Source of the DNA: Marsupella aquatica
Lineage: Eukaryota > Plantae > Marchantiophyta
DNA length: 64,000 nucleotides
Assembly: GCA_973895155.1 (NCBI GenBank)
Contig: OZ316896.1
Location: 13,186,549-13,250,548 of the forward strand
Reading direction: 5' to 3'
Positions within the stretch are counted from its first letter, which is position 1. Each line of letters opens with the position of its first letter. The translations under genes and the position numbers were made by a program. Of the stretch, positions 23,701-34,929 are shown one piece after another. The notes under the pieces are model-generated. The model did not search any database and was not told where the DNA came from. It saw nothing but the letters and a program-made list of their open reading frames with translations.

Positions 23701-25322
23701 TTCAGTTCTGCTCAATGCAAGCAGGGGAAGGCTGTTGTATGCAATTCAGTTGCTTGCTGGGTGCAGCTGCGTCTCACCATGAGTTTTTCAGAATTCTTGT
23801 ATTATGGGACACTTGATGACCACTGACCTTTTGGGCTTGAAAATGATTTCCTCTCCAACATTCATTAGAGTTTCCCCTAGAATTTGGGGGAAACTCCGAT
23901 AATTATGAGAAAAACAGTAAGGTTTTGATATTTCCCCTTTAATAGTATTAGTGCCATTCAAAAACAAGCACACCGTAGCCAAATCCCCAGCTCACATATG
24001 AGCTTCTACACCTACCAACTGGTCACGTTGCAGCAGCCAATGGGACTATCGTACCTTATAAACTACATATATGGCTAGACGTCAGGTTCCATATCCCCAA
24101 ACAAGAGTCCCACTGTTGTGGACCAGGTTCTTTATTTTTGCTACTGTAGCAATGAGATCTATACTAGTTGTAATTGAGCAAGGAATTATTATTACTCCTG
24201 GAAAATGTAAACAGCTGTGGTTCACGTTTTCCAAGAAGAATTTGAGAATAAAGAACATGGCACCAAGATTATGTCAATTGATACTCTAGGAGTTCCCGTT
24301 ATTCCCAAACTATTCAAGTTGTCTGCATTATTCCCAGGGCTCTCTAAACATGACGTAATGATGTTGGGTAAGAATCTCGAGGTAGGTCAGAGCCTGGGCT
24401 GATGTCAACAGACACTAGGGTAAGCACACACCATTAAATCGCGTTGTTTGTCTTGTTGGAAGACACTTATCACTTGGGGGTGGCTAGGACCCAGGTGGGC
24501 TTTGAAACTCTGGAGGAACGTTTTGTGAATCTCTTTTATTGTTGCCCTTTGGGTCCCACCATTCAATGGCATACACATGGGGTGAGGACATGAAGGTGTA
24601 AGTCTTCACATTTCTTAATGTTACCTATGGTGGGCGGATCCAAATAAATGTAGAAAACATACATTGCCTGGCAGGGCCTGCCCGGGTTTGTGTGTTGGAC
24701 TTGGTTTCCTCCTATTTACTCTAGAAAACAAAGGAAAATAAAACTTTTTGCTGGATTATTGCCTACTGATGATGAAAATAGATGTATGCATGTGTATAGA
24801 CAGATTGGATATCACAATTGACAAAGACACTTGTTGTGAAAGCTGCTTGAGGATACACAATTGCTTGGGCAATCAGTGATGATATATGAGGTTTGTCGAG
24901 TAATCAGTTTGGATCGTCAACTTCCACAAGTTGTCACTAATATCACAGGATGATAAAGCATCTTGAAAGGCTAGAATTTTCATGACTTTCTACATTACAT
25001 ACTCAGGGTTTTAGCTCACATTCTCCTCCTTTTGGTGGACAAATAACAATAGATATCAATCATTCACAAATGATTCTTTATCAGGTGATGGCCACCAGCT
25101 GCTACTCCATAACTCCTTTGTTTAGTTTTTCAATCCTACAGTTCGCCTCGTTTCGCGTTGTTCACGAGCAAAAAATGATGTCATCATTTTGATGAAGTCA
25201 ATGCTCATTAGATAATTCATTTTGAAAAAAACTATTCCCAGATTTTCTTAAACAGGTATGAAAGAAAATATTTGCATAAAAATAGTGTTGGCGACCAGAT
25301 ACATAACTACATAATCTCAAAG

Positions 25323-25564
25323 CTACTCTCAGGGCCTATTGTCTAGAGTGGAGCCTCTAGACAATGACTCTAGGGCATACCTGAAAGTGGAGGCAAAAAG
25401 AAAAGAGGATTGGGGGCGATGAATAGTAGGGACTCTAGGGTATAACTGAAAGCGGAGGGCAGAAAATAGGGAATGGGGGCAAGAAACAGTAGGGCACCTT
25501 TTGTTAGCAAGGTTTTTTTATCCTCACTTCTACTTAAGATTCTTCGAAGGGGCAGTCAGGCTAG
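25323..25564 (+). mobile_element. Short Helitron-like element
   Basis: 5' CTACTCTCAGGGCCT, then the hairpin ATTGTCTAGAG-TGGAGC-CTCTAGACAAT. 3' end CCTCACTTC...GAAGGGGCAGTCAGGCTAG|T. Homologous to 4594-4810 and 58763-58934. Confidence 0.6.
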
Positions 25565-27000
25565 TCTAGCTAGTCTATATAAACAAGCGCCAACGGTACA
25601 AAAGTGGGCTAGTCTATACAAAAACCACCCAACAACACAAAGTGTGCTAGTCTATACAAACAAACACCAACGATACAAAGGTGGGCTAGTCTATGTAAAC
25701 TCACAAGATAGGTCCACTAGCTTGTGAGTTTCCACACCAGGGCTTGACTGTCAAGGCGGTCAAACCCCGGTATATTATTGTTTACAATTAAATAGTGTCT
25801 GAGTTTTTTTGCACCCTCACCTTCAACTCAATATGTCTTTTTAGATGGCTTGTGGGTTCAGAGTGAGGGTAGCCCCAAGTGTGGCGGAACAGGAATGGAG
25901 AGCAGTCAGGCAAGTCTATATAAACAAGCAACAACATATACAAGTGTGATAAGCTTACAGGTAGGTCCACTAGCTTGTGAGTTTCCAAAACAGGGCTTGT
26001 TGGTCAAGCGGTGAAACCCCCGTATAAACAGTATCGAGTTTTATGGTCATATGTTTCAAGTTCAGCAAGAATTGGGTCAAAAAAACAACTGGCAGCCCTA
26101 ACTCTGGTCAACACACAGTAGCTGCGGGAAGAGCCCCGGAAAGTGCCCCGGAAAGTGAGAGCAAGAGTGGCCCAAGGATGAGAGGCAGCAACTAAAACAA
26201 AACCCTTACTTCTGTGTGGGTTGCGAGATGTTGCAAAATCTAAACTGAGAAAGCCCAAGAGACCTGCTTGGAGATGTGAGGACAGACTGCCATGGCCATC
26301 AAGATTGTTGTGGTCTCAATAGGGCATCTCAAACCTGTCCATTTTACCTCCAGTTGTGGTAGATCAAGGGCGTTTTCCCAAAATTAAAGTGGTGGACACA
26401 AAAATGTTTGTCCGTGCACTCATGACTGCAGACCTGAACTGGTACTTTCAAGACAGGTTGTTTTCTTTTGTGGACCTGAAGGTTTGAGTTGCAATAATAT
26501 TAGGGGGTCTCAATTATGATACCGCAAATTTAGAAAACGAAAATGACAGTGGGTCCGCTATGTGTGCCCTGATCACCACCTACGGACCCTGCAAGTAAAG
26601 GAGTTTTGTATTTGAATCGGTCTGCCTTGACTGAATTTGTTTGAAATCGGTAAGTTAGTGACTTGTGCAACATCCGGCTTCTTAAGAGGTGCATGTTGTT
26701 GGGTCTGCTCACACCAAAACGGGGTCAGGGGAAAATTAGGCTCAAGGTCCAGAGGTGTGACTACCTCAGTTTCAGAATCCCACACACTTTAGTGGACCTC
26801 TGCTCGGGCCCCTATAGACCAGGCCATAATAAGCATCAGCGGGCTCATATTTGAGACCCCCTATTGAAGCCCCTTATTAGTGCATTAGTTTCTTTTGCAC
26901 CGTCACGTTCAGCTCAATTTGTCTTTTTGAATGGCTTGTGAGTTGAGAGCCGAGGGCTGCTCCAAGTTTGGCGGAGCTGGAATCGAGGGCGGCCGTCTAC
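25561..27000. repeat. Internally repetitive degenerate TE region
   Basis: CTAGTCTATA(C/T)AAA repeats at 25570-25700. An AGGTCCACTAGCTTGTGAGTTTCCA block occurs at ~25710 and ~25963. A TTCA.CTCAAT.TGTCTTTTT..ATGGCTTGTG block occurs at ~25820 and ~26907. Confidence 0.6.
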
Positions 27001-28770
27001 TCAGCTTGGGTAGAGTACAGTATTAGTAGTACTACGGTACGCCTACTCTAAGGGACCGCGATGGGGATGTCTTTCGCGCTAAGGTCACCCGGCCGTCTTT
27101 CACTCCAGCCAATCGCACCCCAGTCCGTGGCTAACTGCAGATCGCTTCTTGGATCCTCTTTCCGTTTCGCGGCACAGGATCCCGAGCCTCCCCCTCTCCA
27201 GGCTCGGAAAGACCTACCCACTTCGATACGATCCCCGCTTTGACCGTGACGACTGCTCCAACCCGCCCACAAAAACTAAGCTCCGATTTATCAGTGTTTA
27301 CGTTTCTGCCGGCGGGCCCTCCACACGCGCGCTTTTCCCATTGGAGATTCATTCTTCATTTCAGTAAAATAATAACCAGTATTTTTCACAAAATGTAGCC
27401 CGGATAGACCTCTAGGTTGGCCAAAATGCTCCCATGGATTCATTTCAGTAATTAATTCAACCAGTGCTTTTCTTCTATTTTAATATTTTAATTAAAATAT
27501 ATATACAATCAGTGTTGACACCAAGATGGTCAGAATCTACTTATAATTTAATGAGTTTTTCTAGGCTTTTACAATGCTTTGTGGGTAGGGCCCAAAATTT
27601 TAATAACTGTATATATTGTGTTAATCCGAATGACACTACTCGAATGACACTGCTGGACGAGCTCACCGCCCATGGATTCCTTACGCTACAGTGCGCCTCT
27701 TTACAGTGTAAGACCTGCGACACGTGCCACTGTATATAGTAAGCTCTCGAGGAACTGACATTTGGACTCTTAGTCGTCCCCCATGCGTGAGGACCAGAGC
27801 TCGAATCCCGTTCCCGCAACATCAACCACGGGACTACGTCATCGACTCCTGTACGGCTGTACTCATCTACTCGACTGTACCACTCTGTCTGTTCTAGAGA
27901 AAGCTATTAAAAAACGTTAAAGACTACTTCGCGAAACGGGTGAGTTTGATCAGGCTGGTTGGTGGCCGTGTTGACCCATTACTGTATTTTTTATTATTGG
28001 ATGGAAGTTTACTTCCCATGAAAGTAAGGCCTTCCGTTCAAGACAAAGAAGAGAAAAAGAAACGGGTGGGGTGATGAGTGCTGCTGTAGGACAGTGCGGT
28101 ACTTATTATATTATGACTGTGATAGTTCGAATTCCAGAACCGTGGGCCACCCGGCAACCGCGGGAGCCGCAATTGTCGAATCCAGTCCCTTGACGGCGAC
28201 GGCGTGTACTATGGTCGCTCCACAATCCATCATGCACCGTAGCCTTTGTTACGTACATTCGGAAAATCGTGTGAATGGATACGATAGCGTCGGGGATTTC
28301 TTAACTAATTAAGGCTTGGTTGTCTGAAAGGCCGACTCTGCGTTGCGGACGCCCACCGACGGCGACAACAACGGCGTCGCGTCTCTTGCCGACCATGGAA
28401 AGAGTTTCCTTCGAGACAACGAAAATGACTCACGACGTCCGGCAGAGTAGGCTCCCGGAAAGACGGAAACTTCGTCCTTTTGGACGGAGGACGACGCTTC
28501 TGGGACTGGAAAACCGGCGGAGAGAACCACCACAGTAGCATCCTTGAGGGCTTCCGGGTGGCTACAGCAGTCCAGCCCCGCAGTTGAGGGTCGGTGAAGG
28601 TCTTTCGAGGGCAGAACGGGAAATTACACACGTATCTTCACAAGTTGCCAAAAAAGAAAATTACACCCTTTTACCACTGTGTGTGTTAGCATCTAGTTAG
28701 TGTGAGTGGAAATTATTGTTACTACCAAAAAGAAGTGAACAGGGCTTTTCAATACTATTTCATGCATGCT

Positions 28771-28960
28771 TGGGTCAAGTATTTTCATGTGGAACCTGGG
28801 GCACCCACCTTCTTTCCATTGGGCAAAAAAGAATTGTTTAAATGTTTTTTTTTTTTAAATTTAGGTAACACTAATTCTTGAGCACAGCTGAAATTTGCTT
28901 CACCACTGGAATCAGGGTGAGTGACACTGCTTGCAATGAATTGTAGAAGTACCTGTAATG
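28771..28960. repeat. Dispersed repeat, also at ~55882-56030
   Basis: GGGTCAAG.ATTTTCATGTGGAACCT.GG...CCACCTTCTTTCCATTGGG.AAAAAA and a downstream TGCTTCACCA...GTGAGT block are shared. Confidence 0.7.
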
Positions 28961-30201
28961 CTTGAAATTAACAAAAACATCCCCAACAATGTCTACTAAC
29001 CAAAGGTGTCCCTTGTTTCTTGTAGTGACCATGGGTACACAGGTCATACTTTCCTTTTTTGATGAATATTTGCCAAAATCTTCTGCAACTGATACACATG
29101 AGTTTAGATTTTTTTCTTAGTATATTCACCAAGATGCTGCTGCTTCATACTCAGGGGGAAATCTAATGGTCCAGAATAACCTATCCAAGAACACTCTACA
29201 TATACGTTGTTGCGATTGGCCACTCTACTCTCAATTTAATTAGTAGATCATTAAAGCATATATGAAGAGTAATTTAGAGTACTGTCGATTTGAAATGCAC
29301 ACCCTCACCATTGATTATCAATATTTGATCTCTTTGTTAAGGATTGCTCTTAGTCTTGTGACTCATAGGTTACGGCACTTAGGCTAACCACAGTTAGGAT
29401 CTTAGCTGAGGTTAGATTAGTCGTGTGTGACCTTGTATATACCAGGGCTAGTGTAAGCCGCTGGTGTGTGGTGCTTACTGATTGTAATAGAGCAACTTGA
29501 GGAAGAGGGAGAGGATGTGTGTTCGTCTACTCTTGAAGTAAAGCTTGAGTGTTCGTGTGGACGTAGCCTTGGAGAAGAGGTGAACCACGTAGAGATTGTG
29601 TCGACTACGTGTGCATGGAATGAGTCATGGTTGTATGGTCGTTGCGAATGACGTCTTAGTTCAACACTCATCTGTCAATCTAAGAAATTTCATGGCATGC
29701 ACCTTTTCTTGTTATTGTTGTGCACTATTTTTCCCTGTTTTCTCTGTCAACCAATGATTGATCAAATGAGTCAATCAATTAGATTTAATGTCTATTGTTA
29801 GTAGTCTTTGTTTTTCTGAGTAAAAAGTTGTATATAAAGAAAATATTTTATTATAATTTAAAAGTACATAAAAATTCCACAAGAGATTATTTTCTTGACA
29901 CAGTTCTTTGTTGTTTGGGATGTTATTTTTCAATTCCCAAGTTTTTGCAATTCCTGGATCTAGACATTTTTTTTGGTGTGGTAAACCTTTTGGATATAAT
30001 TGCTTTGGTGGCAAGAATGGTGCCAGCCCAAGAGTATTCAAGGAGAAGAGTGAGGCAGAGGAGTGCACTGGGTTCCATGCAAGGGAAGTGGAATCTTTGA
30101 ATACAAACCAAGCGAGGAGAGTCCACTGGACTTGAGAAGGACCAACCCAACCGGACAAACAAAAGAACATATAACATTTTATTATAAAAGCATAAACTAA
30201 G

Positions 30202-30467
30202 TCTACTCTTAAGAGCCTAGGATCTAGAGTGAAGCGTCTAGAACTTAACGCAGACAAAACTGATCATGAATCTAAAAAAAAACTTTAAATGAGGATGGAC
30301 AAAAATGATATTGATTCCAAATAAAGACAGAATTGAAATGAGGGTGAACAGAAAACAAGGATGGGGCAAAGATTAACTGAAATAACATAGATTTTTTTTT
30401 ATTATGCAGGATTATTTTTCTTTATATCTATTTATATTCAAGAAAAGGTTAATCAGGCTACTGCTAG
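30202..30467 (+). mobile_element. Short Helitron-like element (same subfamily as 5103-5354)
   Basis: TCTACTCTTAAGAGCCTAG plus an XbaI hairpin. The internal GATGGACAAAAATGA.ATTGA...AATAAAGACA.AA.TGAAATGA..ACAGAAAACAAG block is shared with 5195-5260. It ends AAGAAAAGG...CTAG|T. Confidence 0.6.
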
Positions 30468-30856
30468 TAATTACTAATTGAATATTATTAGCATACTTGA
30501 TTGGTAAGTTTTGAGGGGATGATTTGAACATTCGAGAGACGAGAAGAAGAGTCGAGAGGGTGGGGGGCGGAGGAGCAGTAGTGGTGGGAGGTTCCATGCG
30601 GGAGGGCAGCGATCTTCGTATACGAGCCGAGACTCCGGAGGGACCGACCGGACGGCACGGGACGGCGGCACGAGACGGGACGAGACGGGGGCAGTCCGGA
30701 GACACAGTCGAGCGTAGAGCGTAGAGCGTAGTTACTACTGCAGTAAGTAGAGTAGCAGAAGTAGCGGCGTAGGACGAGAGGAAGGATCGTCGTCTTGAGC
30801 GAAGGGTTCGGTCGTCGGTCGATCCCCAAGTGTAGTTGTAATTTGTAGTAGTGTAG

Positions 30857-31290
30857 ATGCGAGACGGGACGAGAAGAGAAGGGAATAGAAGAGACCAGAC
30901 CAGACCAGACCAGACGAGACGAGACGAGACGAAGAACAGAACAGAACAGAACAGAGGACGAGAGGAGACGCGACGAGGCGAGGCGAGGGCGAAGGGAGGC
31001 GAAGGAAGGAAAGGAAAAGGAGGGCAGCGTGTATTAGAATTACGCGTTTGGCGAGGTATGTTGCGATCTTTTTCATTCTACTTCTTGCGGGTGGAGGAGG
31101 ATCTGTTGTTGTTGTTTGCCTTGTGTCCGTCGTAGAGAAGAGTGAGTGGAAGAAAGGCGGAGGAGAAGAGAAGAGAAGAGAAGATAAGAGACGAGTGAGT
31201 TGTGTTGGGTGGAAGGGAGAGGAGAGGAGAGGAGAGGAGAGGAGAGTGGAAGAAAGGAAGAAAACCGACGGGGAGAGAGTGAAGAAGTAG
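30857..31290 (+). repeat. Purine-rich pentamer microsatellites (CCAGA, GAGAC, ACAGA, GAGGA) upstream of PP2C
   Basis: Simple repeats visible directly in the sequence. Confidence 0.85.
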
Positions 31291-32029
31291 GCGTCGTTTG
31301 GGTTGGAGATTTTGTGGTGGGGAGAAATTGTTGATTGGTGCTGTGGTTGTAAGCGTCTGATCGTCTTTGCTGGCCCGTTTCTTGGGGAACCGATTTGCTT
31401 CCGGTGAGGTGACTGTCTGTTGGTCGGGTGGTTCTTCGGAACACGATGATGTAGAGAAAGTGAGATAAGAGAAAGATTTCACAGAGAGAGAGGAAAAGAG
31501 AGAGTGAGGCTGATAAAGGAAATCTAAGAGGAATTTTCTTGATTTCGTGGGTGGCAGCGAAGCGCGTGCTCAGCGTATTCTCGTTGGTGCGTTCGTGCTT
31601 GTGGTTCTTATTAGAAGAGGACGAGTCCCTTAGTGCGGAACGTTTCATAGGCGGTGGATTCGACTTACGATACAGAAACACAGGTTAACAAGCAAACAGG
31701 CAAGGAAATAGGGAAAGGACAGTGCATTGTTCCAGGCTTGGAAGGGCGGTAGTTCGACGGTTCGGTCTGGAAAGGGTGCGTGACGGTAAGGAATAGTTGG
31801 ACTTGTAGGCAGCGCAAAAAGCGCAGAAAGTGGAGACTACGATCGGAAGTCGGTGAGTGGAAAGTGATCGTGCGGCAGGAAGAACGGTGAAGTGCGCTGG
31901 AGGAGGAGAAGAAGATTTGCAGCTGTGTGTGAACAGATTTGAAACGTGAGGACGGACAGATTGGGGGGTTTACTTGATCACACACCCAGGGGGTAATGCT
32001 AAGGACGTTCATGCCTACTAGGGGCAAAA

Positions 32030-34929
32030 ATGGCAGCGGGCACGGATATTACACACCCTGTGAGCGCATTAGAAGGAGTTTACAAATCCCGTCCTTTGGA
32101 GCCCCTACCGCTCATCAAGGAGAATGGCACTGCCCTGGATAATAGTGAGTTCGCGGCGTCGGAGCAGCAGCAGAACATGACGACTACTGATCGTGAGGCA
32201 CCGAGCAAACCGCCAAGGCCAACTGTTATGGAATGCCCTCTGTCAGGTGTTAGGCGCTCAGTCAGCACCACTCACATCACCTCGTTGCCTTCTTCCTCTG
32301 ATTTGGTATGTATGGTCTTGTTCCTTCTCTGGCTCGTGGGAGTGGTTGGCAGGTCTAGTCGTCTGTGCTGCTGGTTCTTGTGCTTCATTCTGTGGGCCGA
32401 TTGCTCTTGTCCTTGCTAACCCTATTTTTGCGTCCGCTTTAAGTAGAGGGACAAAAGCGTACTTCGAATCTGTTCGTGAGTATGCGATCCCATGTCATTT
32501 CCCAGGTGCCCTAATTTTATGGACGGATAGATTCGTAGCAAACGCTGGATAGGCTGATTTTGTACACTCCGAGCGGATTCCCCGACGATCATCTTTCCGT
32601 GACGCAAGTCTAAGTCTTCATGCCTAGCAGCGCTTCCCGTTGCGATGAACCCACGAGTCCTCTCTACAAGTCGGTGTCTTCGCGTCGATGCATATTGTTG
32701 GCCAACTAGAAGATTTCTCGCTGTATTTTCGGGGCCCTGAATTCGTCAAGTAGAAATGCTCTCGCTGTTGCTTGTGATGACATAGCTTCGGGGCTGACTC
32801 TCCGCGTGACCCTCTAGGCTTCTTGCTTTCCACTCCCTTCCCATTCTGGTTATTTGTTGACTGTCCAGTTGTTCTTTACAGCTTACAAGTTTTGTATAAA
32901 GTTTTAAAGGATAGAGGAATCATTGCTTGTGCGGGATCTCGAGTAAGTTGTCTCTAGGTAAGGCATATTGTCATGTTGATGGGGATTGCCATCCTGGTTG
33001 ACGGATACATACGGGTGCCGGAGACTACTGTTCAAGAAGATGGGACTGCCTGTCTGTAGAGCGAATGGTCTAGTTACAACCGGAGTCCATGATGTGGGTT
33101 TGGTTCTTATGATTGAGATTGTAGACTGTGTCACGGCTCCTTGAAAGTCCCCCTTGTTTTGCTGGACGTGAGCCTGCGGCAATCAGACGCACAGTGAAAG
33201 TTTTGCTCGATTCCATGATTTAGCTCGTCTCATAGGATTGAGCTCCACTACATGAAGTGTAGTATAACCTCATGTCAACACTCATGTAATCAAGGTGGCC
33301 CTGAGTGCTTCGACGTTACTTACTATTGCCATTCTTCTGCTCCAGGTCGAGAACAAGACAAGTGACCCTCCTGCAACACAGATTGTTGATGTATTGAATG
33401 GGGAATACATTCCAGTAATTCGGTCAGGAGGATGGATGGATATTGGAATTCGTAAGAGCATGGAAGATACCCATCTACGCATCGACGACCTTGTCGAACA
33501 AGCTGGTTCACTTCTCATAAGTGAAGCACCGGGCGCATTTTATGGGGTAACGTCTCAATGCCGATTAACAAGATTGTGGAAGTAAATTCTTGCTAGTTGT
33601 ATCTCTTTTATCTATGGACACAAATGCGTATCACACATGTCATTTAGAGACTTACAACTGTAATTACGTGTCGTGATGTGACAGGTTTTTGATGGACATG
33701 GAGGCAAGGAGGCAGCTAGTTTTGTTCGAGAACATTTGCTGACAAAAATCCTAGAGGATGTGGCATTTCCAACATCGATGGATGATGCCCTTAGGAACGC
33801 ATTTTTGCAAACGGATCTTGCCCTGGTCGACGAAGAGTGGGCCTCAGGCACTACTGCCCTCACGGCCATGGTCTTTGGAAGGTATTTATTTCATTGACTT
33901 AATGCACAGTGAAGTGGCTATGGGTTAGACCAGGCCACTAATTTTCAGCACAGTTTGCAAATGAAGATGTTTATATTTTTTCTGAAGAGTGGTCCTTTCT
34001 TTACTTTTGCCGACATCGAACGAGTTTAGTTCTTTTTTGGTTTGTCGGTTGTGTTTTATTTACTGTCTCTTGCAATATTGTTTTGCCACCTCATGTGGGT
34101 TTTACTTTCTTAGTACAACAAAATCTCACGAGCTTTTTGTCAGCCCATTTCAGGAATAGACTTACCCTTGATCCGGACGCGTTGTTTAAACCTCTAAGTG
34201 CTGCGTTTTGTTGTAACAGAGCAAAATCGGTCATCTTGGGCTTTCTTAGTTTCATCTCGTTTTGTCCTTGAAATTCTGCGCTTTCACATCCACAACTGAC
34301 GATCGTTATTTGGTCAATTGATCATCTTTTGCAGGACTCTACTGGTAGCGAATGCTGGGGATTGCCGTGCCGTCCTTTCGAGACGTGGAAATGCCGTGGA
34401 CATGTCCAGGGATCACAAACCGGGATCTTCTTCGGAAAAGAGTCGCATAGAGGCCGCTGGAGGATATGTGTACGACGGGTATTTGAATGGACAGTTGGCT
34501 GTCGCCAGGGCACTTGGTGACTGGCGAATTACAGGTCTTAAGGAACCTGGAGGTGCCGGACCTTTAAGTGCAGAACCTGAGGTGCAGCAAGCGATACTTA
34601 CGGAAGAGGATGAATTCCTCATCATTGGATGTGATGGCTTATGGGATGTCTTTACGAGCCAGAATGCTGTGGATTTTGCTCGCAGGAAGCTTCAAGAACA
34701 CAACGATCCAGAGCTCTGCTCCAAAGAGTTGGTTGCTGAGGCACTGCGGCGGAACACTTGTGATAATCTAACAGTTGTCACAGTTTGCTTCTCACCAAAT
34801 CCTCCACCGAAGCCGCAAGTGTATATCGCACCAAAGCCGCAAGGATATGTCCCAAGATTTAGGAGGAGTATATCTGCAGAGGGCTTGAAAAGTCTGCAAG
34901 GCTTCATTGATGGTTACAGTCTTAGTTGA
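32030..34929 (+). CDS. Protein phosphatase 2C (probably clade G-like), 4 coding exons
   Basis: Exons 32030-32305, 33346-33546, 33685-33881 and 34335-34929, all GT-AG and frame-consistent. PP2C motifs: [55 protein letters not shown]. Confidence 0.95.

Noticed and set aside
21255-25100. Short ORF fragments that might be a gene
   Set aside because: No recognisable motifs and no consistent exon chain. The DNA is CpG-depleted and probably decayed TE sequence.
27051-27250. Minus strand loosely resembles RNase P/MRP RNA (GGTAGGTC plus a P4-then-P1-like order)
   Set aside because: There is no room for P2/P3 and the conserved CR-V motif is absent. Land plants use protein-only RNase P. Kept only as an unidentified structured element.
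30412-31681. Several 80-200 aa ORFs on both strands
   Set aside because: They are translations of pentamer microsatellites and low-complexity purine tracts.
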